21,052 bases of DNA from Azolla caroliniana (Eukaryota > Plantae > Polypodiophyta). The stretch lies in NCBI GenBank assembly GCA_043228905.1, contig JBHGNT010000547.1, positions 1 through 21,052 on the forward strand, read 5' to 3'. This document shows, piece after piece, positions 20,698-21,052 of the stretch (the first letter of the stretch is position 1; each line of letters starts with the position of its first letter). The translations under genes were made by a program, and so were the position numbers. The notes under the pieces are model-generated. The model ran no database searches. It saw only the letters and a list, made by a program, of their open reading frames with translations, and had not been told where the DNA came from.

Positions 20698-21003
20698 TCA
20701 AGCCCAGTAACCAATTAGAGACATCGCACCTGCACCACAAAATAGGGCACAGTAGTAGTAAAGTTGTAGCTTAAAGCTGCTTTGAAGCCTTTTGCTAAAG
20801 AAATCGGCAGCAAGAAGGTCGACCAAAGACATGTACACGAGGATGCCCGCCGAAATTGAATCGAATATTCCTGATACTAAGAGGGCAGTTGGACTATTCT
20901 CGTCATAGCCAGATGCTATGGCAATGCCAATGCCGATCCCCAATGGTGTCGTTATCATAAAGAAGAAGGCCATAAGGGATTTCGCGACTAGCTTAAATCC
21001 ACC
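20698..21003 (-). CDS. ZIP: Last coding exon of a ZIP/IRT-family Zn/Fe transporter
   Basis: MAFFFMITTPLGIGIGIAIASGYDENSPTALLVSGIFDSISAGILVYMSLVDLLAADF...GAGAMSLIGYWA*; phase-0 acceptor TGTGTAG ending at 21004. Upstream exons are outside the window; paralog not assignable. Confidence 0.95.
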   Translation of the reverse strand, partial: GGFKLVAKSLMAFFFMITTPLGIGIGIAIASGYDENSPTALLVSGIFDSISAGILVYMSLVDLLAADFFSKRLQSSFKLQLYYYCALFCGAGAMSLIGYWA

Positions 21004-21052
21004 CTACACAATAAATAACACATGCCTCTCTCTCTCTCTCTCGCTCTCTCTT

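Overview
Eukaryotic, plant-like DNA; the element families suggest a non-seed plant such as a fern (inference only). About 18.3 kb is a nested transposon cluster, ending about 2.4 kb downstream of the last exon of a ZIP metal-transporter gene (minus strand, 20698-21003). Main nest, resolved by target-site duplications (TSDs): a 5'-truncated LINE (3595-18284, 17-bp TSD) is split by a Ty1/copia element (3863-17937, TSD GGTTG). That copia contains a full-length minus-strand Ty3/gypsy chromovirus (9104-14804, TSD GAACG) and a truncated DNA-transposon-like insert with a degenerate Sola-like DDD transposase (4437-8663). A second nest lies to the left: chromovirus 3' end (1-1666) inside a minus-strand copia (1667-3256), next to a copia integrase fragment. 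Most notable non-coding signals: a tRNA-like Pol III A/B-box module antisense in U3 of all three chromovirus LTRs (two diverged families), a self-priming PBS, a TTTAAAC plus pseudoknot -1 frameshift signal, and a palindrome array whose last hairpin is cut at a deletion junction. All counts were made by eye.
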